A DNA stretch of 63,895 bases, counting the filler, from Reticulomyxa filosa (taxonomy: Eukaryota > Protista > Foraminifera), in the NCBI GenBank assembly GCA_000512085.1. It is 23 parts of 23 records of this genome, joined end to end, with 100 filler letters (N's around TTAATTAATTAA, not from the genome) between each part and the next. Parts side by side here need not be neighbours in the genome. Positions count along the whole stretch, not along the records: positions 11,660 to 19,131 come from ASPP01023870.1; positions 19,232 to 20,491 come from ASPP01024220.1; positions 20,592 to 21,622 come from ASPP01027248.1; positions 21,723 to 23,085 come from ASPP01033544.1; positions 23,186 to 25,049 come from ASPP01023098.1; positions 25,150 to 27,717 come from ASPP01023057.1; 17 more parts are not named here. The stretch is one strand, 5' to 3'. Made by a program: the position numbers and the translations under genes. The notes under the pieces were generated by a model. The model was given only the letters and a program-made list of their open reading frames with translations, was not told the origin of the DNA and made no database searches. Positions 14,068 through 25,997 of the stretch are shown here, one piece after another (position 1 is the first letter of the stretch; each line of letters opens with the position of its first letter).

Positions 14068-14966
14068 ATGTCTACAGAAGGGAAAAAAGAAGAATTAGAA
14101 TCCACCAAAACAAAAACAGAAGAAGAGAAGCTGATTGATAATGATGATAGCGGAGATGACGAGATTGCACTGAAAGGAGTAGAAAAAGACAATAAAGAGG
14201 GAAAATCTTTCCCAATCAAAAAAAGATATTGCGTGCTTTCCACCTTTGTGATGACAGTTTTGAAAGGTAACATAGAGAAAAAAAAAAGAGTGACTACAAG
14301 GAAAATGTCACAACGAAAATGATTGCCAAGGATAAAACAAAAAAAAATTATAACGTATGCGAACGTATAGACGATCCAACTGTAAAGGAAATTGAAGTAT
14401 GTAAAGTTAACAGTGAAACATTAGAAAGCATTGTTAAGTATTTAAACGAACACAAAGGCAAGGAACCCCCTCCGTTGCCTTGTCCAGTTCGATCAACAGA
14501 AATGTCAGAAATTGTGTCGGTAAAATGGGATGCCGAATTTATCGATGCTTTTGATAAAAAAAGGTTTTTGAAATTATTTTGGTAACATTTGCTTGTCTAT
14601 TTGTCTGTCCATTGCAATTATTGAAAACTTTATTAAATATGACTCTATTTTTTTTTGTTGCTGTGCATGTTTGTGCATGTAATCATTGAATGTGGATAAT
14701 GTGATGGCACAAATGAACTGGCTCCATAAGGGCGCGCAATGCATGGGTATTTTTTCTTTCTTTTCAACAAGCGATGGCACGTCTCATTTTTTTTATTCTC
14801 AAAAAATTTTTTTTTTGTAGGGATATCCTCTTTGATGCAATTGGGGTGTACCAAGATTGCAACACTTATGAAAAAGTTGGACCAAAAGGAAATTAACAGT
14901 ATTATTGAAGAAGAAGAAAAATGGCAAAAAGAACACGGTGGTAGTAACAAGACAGAACAAGATTGA
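14068..14966 (+). CDS. SKP1-like (BTB/POZ) adaptor, 4 exons: 14068-14266, 14371-14581, 14731-14746, 14821-14966
   Basis: VCKVNSETLESIVKYLNEHKG...VKWDAEFIDAFD..VFEIIL | GAQCM | GISSLMQLGCTKIATLMK matches SKP1 (WD.EF...LFELILAANYL.IK.LL...C..VA.MIK). Needs one extra A at 14556-14562. Confidence 0.85.
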
Positions 14967-17360
14967 GCGTCGTTATAATAAAAAATTGTTTTTAAAAGAC
15001 ACTTTATTTTTATTTCTTTTTTTTGAAATGTTGTCTTGCGGTGTTGATCAGAGCCAAGACACAAGTGTTTGTTTTCCCTGCTTATGTGTGCTTTTTAAAG
15101 CAGGGTTTTGAATGGAATCTGTTTTGGATCGACAAAGCACGTGAGACAATGAAGCATATTTGTTGCTTCAAAACTACAGCACAATTGTGGTAGATATTAA
15201 AAGGAATTAATATTGTCAAAAAAAATTGTTTTCTTTTTTTGAGCGATTCATGGGCCAATCTAACACTGATATTTGCTCTTTCAAAAAAAGTTTTCCAAAA
15301 TATTGTACCAAAAATCAACTAGTAAAAAAAAAGGTAGGTAGATAAGCATAGGAAAAAAATTTGACTCTTTTTATTGTATTCTTTTTTCATTGTCAAGGAA
15401 ATACTTCCTGAATAGTACTTTTTTTGTACTGTTTCAACAAAAAAGTTCGTTTTACCTAAGATTTCGAAAGAAACGTTGTACAAAAAGTTACCATCGTCTG
15501 TTCAGTGCAAAGGACACGACAATAATCCCGAATAAACGAGTTCATGTAATCTGATTACGTACTCTCTTCAACTTTGCTGCAGTGAAATATTCATTTACCA
15601 CCAGAAGTTGTAAGAAACTGAAAAAACGAAAATCTTTCGTTATTTCGTATAAACACTAAAAGTTTTGTGGTTGATTTTGTTTCAACACTGCAACAAAAAT
15701 TATCGTACATATTGCATAGAAGGAATGCAAAAATTATTGTTCCTGTTGAAGCAAATATTACTAAATGGTATCACGCAGTTTAGAACCAGAATGGTTCACC
15801 TGACAGTGCTTTCCAAAAGAAATATTTAATCTCTCGTTCATGACATTTGGCACATATTTGAAGACGTATAAACTCGATTGCATTGATATCAATTGGCTGG
15901 GAATGACCCGAACTCCAGTATGTAATCATTATCCCCTTACATTATACGTATACACCACTTGATTCTCTTTTTGTTTTTTAGTTATTATAATATCACTTAC
16001 ATTAAGTATTTTTTGATTGCTTATTTAAAAAAAATATATAGAATAAAAATCATGGCTAATGTCATCTTGTACTGAACCAATTGTACATTGGATACAATGC
16101 CAACGCAAGTAAGTTCTTTGCCTTTTTTTTCTTTAGTATTTACTTCTATAATTACGTATACGTAAAATTCTTGTTTTTGTGTTTGTATAGGCAATAATGA
16201 TATTATATATCTACATAAGTGAATTGATAAAAGATACAGTTGTTTGTATAATGAGTGTTGCTGTGACAGCGAGTTTAGTATAAACAAGTTGCCACACTAC
16301 TATATATTTTATTCATTTGGCACATATGTTTAGATGTCGTGACGTTGTGGTTGTGTGTATATAAAATTATGAAGATATATGTATATGCGAGTAGAATGCA
16401 GCAAGATTTAGTGATAAAACCGATACGATAAGCCAAAAACGCAGACGACAAAAATCAACTAGTTAGTGATAGCGGAAGCATCAAAAAAGGTTGATAAAAA
16501 AAGCAGTTTACTATTATTCTGGACATTGGCAGACGAGTATTGAATATTTCGGATGCAATGTCAAACAGGTGACCGAGGCGAGCGCACACACACGACAACA
16601 CTCATGCAACTGCATGCGAAAGAATCAGTTCCCGCAAGACTTCCAACACTTCTATTTGAGACCAGTCTACCAAGCAAAAGGCTGGTCAAGCGAAACAGTA
16701 TAAAGAATAAATCAATCTTGTCAATTCCAAATCGGCGTATAACCACAATTCTTTTTCGTCGTCGTTGTCGATAGAGATTGAGACAAAGACATATGTGGTC
16801 ACCATTTGATCAGTTCCATCACGCGTCGGATTCAATTGTCAAACGTGCTTTCTAATTCCGAAAATACGACGAACTCCTCAAGCATAGCACAAAACTAAGT
16901 CCGCAAATGCTACTGATTATAATGATGATAGTAATAAATATAATGTCGATGATGACACATAAAGATTAAATTGACTTGAATGGTGAATCTGGATTTCGAA
17001 ATACAATCATTTCATTGATTAATTATCATTTTTATGAAACGCCGGAGATATGACCGAAAAACTGTTGGAGGAAAAGCGTGTGCGGCATTGCCAACCATAA
17101 ATACCCATTTGATATTGAGATACTCAAATCTAGAGATGAATTTTGCTTACAAAATGGAAACTTTGCCCATATCACTATATTCGTCGCGCTTGTTTGAAAC
17201 ATTACATCACTTTGTTCAATCGCACTGCTTCTAAAGAACAAATCTTTTTCTACAAATAGATTGTTTGTTCATACAATGTTTGCTGCGATTATTGTGTCAT
17301 TTTATGATTCATGCTACATTCAAACCTTTTTTTTTAATTATAAGCTTGTAACAAGAAGTA

Positions 17361-17984
17361 AAGTAGAATGCATATTAAAGTTTATACATAAAACTGCACA
17401 TTATATAGATAGTTGATTTTCTTCATGAAAAACAACATTCAGACATAATTTTTTTTATACTTATTGTGTATTTTTAAATAATATTTTGGTTTTTTATTAA
17501 ATATTTACTAATTATTTAAATATTTTATCATTTATCTTTCTTTTTTTTTAGTTAGCGCAGTTCGCTATTTGATATTTTTAATCATTTTGATTTTTTTTGA
17601 AAATGACTAAAATGATTGCAAAAAATACAAGTAATATACATTCGATAATTTGAAAAAAATACTTTTCTCTGATGAAAAAATTATTTTGATAACAAAAAAT
17701 TGAGTTTTCTCAAAAATTACTCAGACTAAAAGTCTAATTTTTTAAAAAATATCTACTCATTGAACATTTTCTAAACTTTTTCTAGAAAATTTTCAAAAAT
17801 CAATCAAATATTCAAATTTTTTAAACAATTATGATATTTAATAAAAAAACAAAATTGTATTTAAAAACTACACTACTTATAGATATTTTTAAAAAATTAA
17901 GTCTTAATGTTGTTTTTTCATGAAGAAAATCAATTTTTTCTATAATGTCCTTTTTATGTGTCAACTTTAATATGCATTTCACTG
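17361..17984. mobile_element. Non-autonomous foldback/MITE element with long imperfect terminal inverted repeats and TA flanks (Tc1/mariner-like ends)
   Basis: 17361-17525 is the imperfect reverse complement of about 17820-17984 (e.g. ATGCATATTAAAGTT/AACTTTAATATGCAT; TTGATTTTCTTCATGAAAAACAACATT/AATGTTGTTTTTTCATGAAGAAAATCAA). Right end CACTG|TA, left end TA|AAGTAG; no ORF. Confidence 0.8.
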
Positions 17985-18877
17985 TAGATTTTTTTAAAGA
18001 TTTCTTGTCAAACTCTTTTCAAATTTTCTTTTTTTTTTCGTATCTTTTCAAATTTATTTTGCTCCTAAATTAACGTAACATGATTGCAATTCTCAGATAA
18101 GTTATTATAAAAGAACTCGTTGCTGGAAAACAGATTTCGGATAATTCGCGTTCAGTCAAATTTCAAGATTGAAAAACACGCTGCACGACTTTGCTGCTAG
18201 TCTTGATGGTGTCTGGATATGTGTTTGTACATTTGAATACTTTGAAGAAATTGAACAATATCATCAACTGTTGTCAACGATCTTACCTTACGAGATTTGG
18301 CCATCTTATTTGCTCTGGATCAATGTATACAACTATCCTTATATGATACTGAAACAATCAAGCAGTTGCTTGTGTTCGGTGGACATAACGATGATGCGAC
18401 TATTGTAAAATATTGATAAAATGAAACAGTAAACGTTGATAGAAAGTTCGTTTATGTGATATTCGGTCAAACAAATAAAAAAATGTTGAACGTTCTTCCT
18501 TGTAAAAGATATTCAAATATAACCACGACTATTTAAGACAAAATTGTCATTAACTTTTTCTATTTAACGTAATGATTATGAAAACTCGCAACAATTATTA
18601 AAAAATACTTAAATCTAAAATACTTATTTATGTTAAAAATCAGCAAGTAAAACTTGCACAACAAATCTGCAATTCACATAAAATCTTTTAAAAAATAAAG
18701 ACCCAATTGTTGACAACAAAATTATGTCATAATTCAACATCTGATTTGTTCCAATCTACCAAAGTGTTGACTTATGTGCTGGTGCCATGGGCACAACTTT
18801 AAAAAACTGCTCATTTTTAAATTATTCCTGCTTATAACCTTCGATTATAATTTTTTTTAAATTGCTTACTAACATCA

Positions 18878-19105
18878 ATGGGAAGTTGTATAGCTCAACC
18901 TGCCATAGATGCAGCTGATGCTGTCACTCATTCTGTCGACAGCTTACCACGAGACGACAAGTCCCATATCGTGCCAAATGACCAAGAGCATTTGTCAGCA
19001 CAGCATACGAAGCGTCCAGCAATTGGAGGAAATATTAATTTAAAAAATGTGCAATCACTGTGTTGTTACAAGCAAACCACAAGAGCAAACAAATCCAAAG
19101 CAATG
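18878..19105 (+). CDS. First exon of an unknown protein with an N-terminal MGSC dual-acylation motif (cut by contig end)
   Basis: ATG GGA AGT TGT after an AT-rich leader; coding-like composition; probable GTAAAG donor at the end. Confidence 0.45.
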
Positions 19106-19896
19106 TAAAGAAAAACAAAACAAAACAAAAANNNNNNNNNNNNNNNNNNNNNNNNNNNNNNNNNNNNNNNNNNNNTTAATTAATTAANNNNNNNNNNNNN
19201 NNNNNNNNNNNNNNNNNNNNNNNNNNNNNNNTTTAAATAACATCATTATATGTTAACACAAAAAAAAAAAAAGGCGATAAATTAAACCGAAACAAATAAA
19301 ACCGCTTTGGATGTATATGCACGCATGAGAAAGTTTAGACAATGGAAAGGTCTCTTTTACGTATTTTCAATTGTTTTTGTGTAAAAAAAACTTTGGAAAA
19401 GCATTATTATTGTATGCTGACGTCAATATTTATTATTATTAAACTTTACCATTGATATTACAACAAAAAATTTTTTAATTTGAATCACTTGTTTGTAAAA
19501 ATATACATGAGGCAAACAAAACTAATCAACACTGTTATTCTATGTGGTATTGAAAAGTGTTTGTCATAAAAAATAATTGAATTAAACAAAATAATGAATG
19601 AAATGATTAACAAAAAATTATTTGAGTAAAATTCTTGTAAATGATCGATATAATTCATTTCAAAGTATATTTATTGATCAAAAGAACTGTCTGCTTTTCA
19701 AACTAAGAAACCTTTCCCTTTTTAAAATATATTGTTATATTCTTTAAAAAAATTCAATAACAACAACAATATGTTAATATTTTGTGTTCTTCAAAACAGA
19801 AAGATATTATAAACTACTACAAAAACAATCGTGTTTAATTCTATAAAAAAAAAACACAATACTTGAAATATCTTTCTTATTCGATAAAACAGTAAA

Positions 19897-20491
19897 TTAT
19901 CCCCAAATACGAATGTGACCTTTGCCTAAACCATAACATAAATTCAAATCAATTTAATATTCTTTGTCTTTTTTAATACAATAAACTTAAGACAAAGTAT
20001 TCCATTATCTCCTTCATTATCTCCTTTAATCATGTACAATTCATTCTTATTTGATCGAATATCCCAAAAACGAATTGTATTATCATCTGATCCAGAGCAT
20101 ATCACATTTGAATTAACAATACTATTCTTTATTACAAATGGTGAATATTCGACACACCATACAACACTTTTATGTCCTTTGAATACTTGAATTTGTTGAC
20201 AGATCGAATATCCCATAAACGAACAGTTCTATCTTGTAATCCAGATAATATTGTATTTAATAATTCATTTGATCCATATTTTACACTTCTGATCCAACTT
20301 TCATGTCCTTTGAATATATTCAATTGTTTTGTTGTTTCAATATCCCATATTCGAATAGTTTTATCAGATGATCCAGAACAAATAGTATATCTATTTCCAC
20401 CAATCATACCAATATTATTACTTTTATTATCTTTGTTGCTATTACTCTGCAATGGTGAAATATCAACACACCAAACAATATCTTCATGTCC
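19897..20491 (-). CDS. WD40 repeat protein, C-terminal part (GGNxYTICSGS family); two 1-nt frameshifts
   Basis: WCVDISPLQSNSNKDNKSNNIGMIGGNRYTICSGSSDKTIRIWD...NVICSGSDDNTIRFWDIRSNK...LCYGLGKGHIRIWG*; close paralogue of 30866-32246; frameshifts near 20200 and 19951. Confidence 0.9.
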
Positions 20492-20836
20492 NNNNNNNNN
20501 NNNNNNNNNNNNNNNNNNNNNNNNNNNNNNNNNNNTTAATTAATTAANNNNNNNNNNNNNNNNNNNNNNNNNNNNNNNNNNNNNNNNNNNNTTTCCACAA
20601 GCTTTTCTTGTACTGTTTCTTCTTTTAGCATTTTTATTTTGTCAAATGCTGTCTCAAGGAGTAACACTGTTTGTATCTTCCCACACGTATGCAGATATTT
20701 GAAACGCTTTACTCGGTTAACTATGTGACAGAAATTCAAAAAAAGGAAAGATTGTTTCGCACTACACTGTAAGGTTAAAAAGGAAACACAAAAAGCGCAA
20801 TAATAAATCAAACGCTCGGCATAAAAATTGTAGCAA

Positions 20837-21535
20837 ATGGATATCAAATTGGATACTTTAGAATATGATGTAATAATATTAGGAACTGGTTTAGTGAAAT
20901 CGATAATCTCTTGGTTAATATTTATCTAGATTTTGTGTTGACCGAAACGACAAGTGTGACAAACGAATGAAGAGTATATTCACAAAAAGAAGCAGGACAA
21001 GAATGTAGTAAGAGCGAAAAGACGCACATATGCACACATTACACACACATGCAATAGCGTATTGCATGTGGATTACAATCAGTACTATGGATCTCACTTT
21101 GCAAATAGTATAAGAAGCATTATGAGCTGTATATTTCAGGTCGCCACAGGGGGCTATTGGAGCTGCACTCATGTGGAAGACGAGATGAAAAGTCGTCATC
21201 TACTGGCGGAGAAGTAGAAGGAGAAGAAGCGAAGCACAAAGAAGATTTTTCGTTGAAAGAATGCAAAGTTTGTGTGTATTTTATGTTGTTTTTTTGAACT
21301 TAAAAAAAAGGGAGGAACACACACACAAAAAGCATTGGTAGGAAATGAAGACATTGATTACATTGGAATGGAATATCTGAGTGATGCAAAATCGAAATGG
21401 AATGTATATGAAAACTTTGAATGGAAAGATTTCGGATCGGAATTGAAAGGGTCGATCCATCCAAAGGATGAAAGGAAAATGGACGATGCTCCCCCTTGTT
21501 ACGAATCAATCACAATCCAATTCCAATTCAAATGA
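20837..21535 (+). CDS. Rab GDI / Rab escort protein (REP/CHM-like), N-terminal exons
   Basis: MDIKLDTLEYDVIILGTGLVKSIIS, then VLHVDYNQYYGSHFAN and SPQGLLEL, the conserved GDI/REP SCR1 motifs, followed by a REP-type insert; exon phases uncertain. Confidence 0.75.
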
Positions 21536-22422
21536 AAACGAAAGTGAAAATAAAGAAAAAGAATTTGACTGAAAACTTAAATAGACAGTATGTGGAGCAT
21601 ATGAAACAGGTGATTGAAATTTNNNNNNNNNNNNNNNNNNNNNNNNNNNNNNNNNNNNNNNNNNNNTTAATTAATTAANNNNNNNNNNNNNNNNNNNNNN
21701 NNNNNNNNNNNNNNNNNNNNNNGATCTCCAAAGAACACAAAATTTGTCTATCGAGCAATTGGAGAGGGTTGCAGTACCAGCAAGAAGCGAAATAAAGTTC
21801 AAACAACTCCAAAGTTGATGGCATTATTGATCTCAAGGTGCTTATTTGACAATTGACTCAATTTTTTGCTCAAAAAAATGTATGTCTTTTTGTGTGGATT
21901 GTTATTTCTTTGTGATATTTTTTTCGCAAAGATAAGTTAATGTTCCAATTTTATGCTCACCTGATATCTTTATAATCTTTTTAGATTTCCTGCAAAAAAT
22001 TTCTGAAATGGAATATTTTTGAGTTTTTCATTTCATTATGACTACAGTAATCATCAAGTTTTTTTGACTCAATCTTCTGTATTTTTTCATTGAATTATTT
22101 GAGTTTTCGCTGATAAGAGCTATCAATATTGTTAACTTGTGTAACAACTAATCACGAACAACTTTTCCTAATTTCCACAATTGCAAAACTAGTTGATCTT
22201 TTCACAAATTGTTAAAAAATAATGAAATATCATTTTATTTTCAAAAAACTTAAATATATTTCACACTTACAAGTTAAAATTTAATTTTTGAGACTTGTTC
22301 TTGCATCAGGAGAACAAAAATTTAGTGACAACCTTCAAAAATTAAACTGTTTTTTTTTGTCAAACATGGCGGCGTTTGGATTATATGAAAGTAATTTCCA
22401 AAGGAAATAGAACATGCATCAC

Positions 22423-22821
22423 TTATATAACCGCCAAGATGTGCAACATAAGCAATTCTATCAGGTGTGTCTTGCGCAACACATGATTCATTTTGTTTTT
22501 ACAGTCTAAATCTTGTATTGCTGTGGTCACCTCAAATTGTAGACTTTTGTAATCCATATACAACGCAGACATGTCCAAAAAGCACATGACAAAGACAATG
22601 GGAAAAGGAGAAAGCACGTGCTCTTGCTCTTCCAATGGCAACAATCTGTTTTCCACTTTTTTGATTGACTCATTACTCCATACACTTTGATATTTCTCAT
22701 CAGGGTGTAGCGTCCATGATATGGAACTCCCATCAAAGGAAAGTAATGTTACTATGTTTTTGTCTTCGCTTTGTTCAGTTTCCACATCACACTTAATTAC
22801 ACAATGTTCTTGCGATTCCAT
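22423..22821 (-). CDS. Hypothetical protein fragment (possibly decayed)
   Basis: 132-aa ORF with natural composition; no recognisable motif. Confidence 0.3.
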   Translation of the reverse strand: MESQEHCVIKCDVETEQSEDKNIVTLLSFDGSSISWTLHPDEKYQSVWSNESIKKVENRLLPLEEQEHVLSPFPIVFVMCFLDMSALYMDYKSLQFEVTTAIQDLDCKNKMNHVLRKTHLIELLMLHILAVI

Positions 22822-23185
22822 ATTCTACGGATACTCTACTTTTTTTTAAATATTCCTCCTTCACTACGTGATACGAGTAAAAGCTACCGTTTGATATCAA
22901 TAGTTTAGCATTGAAAGTCACATACTGACTATCAATCATGTGTAAAGACAAAAAGGTACATGATCTCGTTGTTTTTCTTTTTTTATGAACGAAGTTACAC
23001 CCTGACAATAGTTTTTATATCTTTATTGTTATTCAAGCTTATTTCTGTATTTCAATCTTGAAATGCAATAACTTTGAAAAAGCAANNNNNNNNNNNNNNN
23101 NNNNNNNNNNNNNNNNNNNNNNNNNNNNNTTAATTAATTAANNNNNNNNNNNNNNNNNNNNNNNNNNNNNNNNNNNNNNNNNNNN

Positions 23186-25000
23186 ACAGGTCCTGGTGTG
23201 AAACACTGTTGGATATGTGTACGCAAGTCTATATGAAATATTCGTATTTTTATTTGCGTTGGATTTGTTTGCTTCAATATGTTTGAGAAAAAGGAGAAAA
23301 TAGAAGTAACTTTGTAATTGCATTTCCGAGTAGTTGTTACCAGACAAATATATCAGTGACAAAGATTCTGCAATTATTCGAAAAGAAAGGGATGAGTCAT
23401 TAACAGAGAAAGTGTTTTGGGTTATGTTTTCATTTAATATATTAGCGTAATCCCTGTTTCCATAGATTCCAAAGAAGGGATTGAAAGTATTATTATGCCA
23501 CTTCCTTTCACGAAGTAATCCAAACACATTGATTGGATTGACTTGTTGAAATAGCTCGAAGCGTTGATGGGCAAAGATCATTTCGATCCAATGGATTCCT
23601 TTCAACATGTAAATTTGTCTTAAAAACCACACGTGCAAAGAGCGTTTACACTGATGATTCGGAATGCTGAAAGTAGATAACAACTGGTTCATTTTTTGCA
23701 ATAATCCGTGTATGAACTGATTTTTATTTAGCTTTGACAAGTCTATATGTTCGTTAATCATGGTTGTAATAAGCTTAACCAAGTCCACTTTTGTTGTTGA
23801 AATTTCCATAATCAATTTAATTTCACTCTGATCATACCACTCTTCCAACTCTTACTATTTTTATCCACTTGTTCATTTAAAAGTATTGATTCCAAACAAC
23901 GATTCAATAGTACCGCTTCAGTCGAATATCGACTAATACTGCCGCACAAACATCCATGCATTAGCATTTCTTTTAAAATTTGCATTTTGGAAATGGATAT
24001 ATTATCAATCTCGGAATAAAAGTTAGACAAAATGGAGGTATATACTCCATATTTGTCCTTATCTCCCTCAATTCCCTCCACACGTTTGATTGCAGTGAGT
24101 AAATCTTGAACAAAGAGAAGATATTTTTCCTTAGATGCATTTTGATTTGCAAGATAATTTTTTATGATATAAGTGACGATTTCTTTATCTCTCAAAAAAT
24201 CTTTCTTGGCCAAATCTTTCGCTTCATCGAGAAATTGATCTGTTTTCATATGTATAAGCTCAAGATACTTTATTTCAATGTTTCGAGCGCTTACCAATAC
24301 CTCATTGATTAGATTAGTATTTTTACCTGGTAAATATTTATACATAAAATCCAAAACAATTGAAATCGAATTGGGAAAAACTGATTGCACGTTTGTGGTG
24401 GATAGAATGGATTTCCAAAGAGACAAAGTCATATCCACTAACCATTGTCCGGGATGATATTCATCATTCCTTACTTTCTTGTCGCTATCCAAGGCAACAG
24501 ATATTAAATAATCATAATGGGAAATAATGGGATGGAAACAATGTAAAGTCGCTTCAATGGTTGCAATGGACAATTTGCCACATAATAATAATGCCATGCA
24601 CACAACGATATCTCGTAGAATACTTTGTTTCGCTGGGGCATATTTGTGCTTCGAAAAGTTTTGAACCAAGTCCATTGCATATTCGCGAGTGGCTTCCGCC
24701 GAATAATCATTGTCAATTAAATCTTGTTCCAAAGTTATCACAAGTGAAGTCAAATTATTGTATGATGGATCAGGATATATGGAGCACTGCTTTTGACACC
24801 GTTTGTGAATGCAATTACTGAAAGGAAAGCAAGTTTGAAAGTTGCTTTGAAGAGAATATACTTGAGGGTCAATCACAGCTAAATGCAATTGGCTGGCATT
24901 AATATCTGGTGACTTTATTTTAACCAATTCTGGAGTTTTCAATGCTTTTTCAAACAATTCTGGATACCATTGAGATCCATCTTCCTCCTCGTTTTTCTTG
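23186..25000 (-). CDS. Internal fragment of a giant RNF213/mysterin-like protein (post-AAA helical/E3 region)
   Basis: About 600 aa of helical sequence in two ORFs joined by a 1-nt frameshift near 23852; FQTCFPFSNCIH and WFLRQIYMLKG recall RNF213-family motifs (recognised from memory, not searched). Confidence 0.55.
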
Positions 25001-25149
25001 CTTTTGACATATTTCTTTTAATTTTGTTTTGATATCTTATGTATACTGTNNNNNNNNNNNNNNNNNNNNNNNNNNNNNNNNNNNNNNNNNNNNTTAATTA
25101 ATTAANNNNNNNNNNNNNNNNNNNNNNNNNNNNNNNNNNNNNNNNNNNN

Positions 25150-25776
25150 CTTGTCCTTGTTCTTGTGATTGTGATTGTGATTGTGGTCTTTTTTTGTTTG
25201 GCACAGACAAAATGATATTCAAACATTTAATCGCGGCTTTGCGCACACGTCGCGTTCGTCGATGGAAAATACCAAACACGCTTGAAACACTTTCTTCGCC
25301 AGTTCGTTGGTCCATATTGCCGGATGATGGGGAATAAGCCCTCGTTTTGTTATGCTGCACAGACACATGAAACACCAATACAATCCCCATTCGTTGTCCA
25401 CCCACTTGTTCAATTGTCTGCCCAGTTGACGCAGTGTGTCTTCGATTATACGCTCCAACACCTTCGTTGATATCTTGTCTAGTACCACACTCATCAGTGC
25501 TATCAAACTTTGCTTTTCCATTCTACTTAGGCTTGCTGAGTTGCCGTTGACATTCCTTTTTTTTTCGCTTTCGTTCAACATGCTGCGTATTACTCCCAAC
25601 AACTCTGTCCAATTCATCTTTTCATCTGTGCTCTCCGATGTCTGTTTCGAGAGATCGCTTTTTTTCGTATCTTCTACGCACTTCCCAAGTCGTTCTAACA
25701 CTTCTTTCAAGCAAGTCTTAAACTGATCAGACACTTGTGCTGTGTCACAAATCTCATCAAATACTGATGCCCACAT
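25150..25776 (-). CDS. RRP12: RRP12-like HEAT-repeat ribosome biogenesis factor, N-terminus
   Basis: LMSVVLDKISTKVLERIIEDT...LYWCFMCLCSI...AIWTNELAKKVFQACLVFSIDE(R)RRVRKAAIKCLNIIL aligns with RRP12 (LLNLVLKRVPSPVL..FSDT...LRWVLSCL...W....QVYHGLLSF.VHPKPKIRKAA); frameshift near 25252. Confidence 0.8.
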
Positions 25777-25997
25777 TGGAATTTTTTATTTCAAAAAAAA
25801 AAGGATTCCCCTTTTAATCTTTCAAAAAAGATTTTTTTTAATCAGGACCTCCGAATCAATATTTGATTGTTGAAAAAACTGCCTTTCAAAAAAAAAAAAA
25901 ATTAAAAAGAGTTTGGAAAAACAAATTTTTCCAAGTTAAAACAAACAAAGAAAATGATAAAATCAATCATTTGCATTTACAAAAAAAAAAAAAAAGT

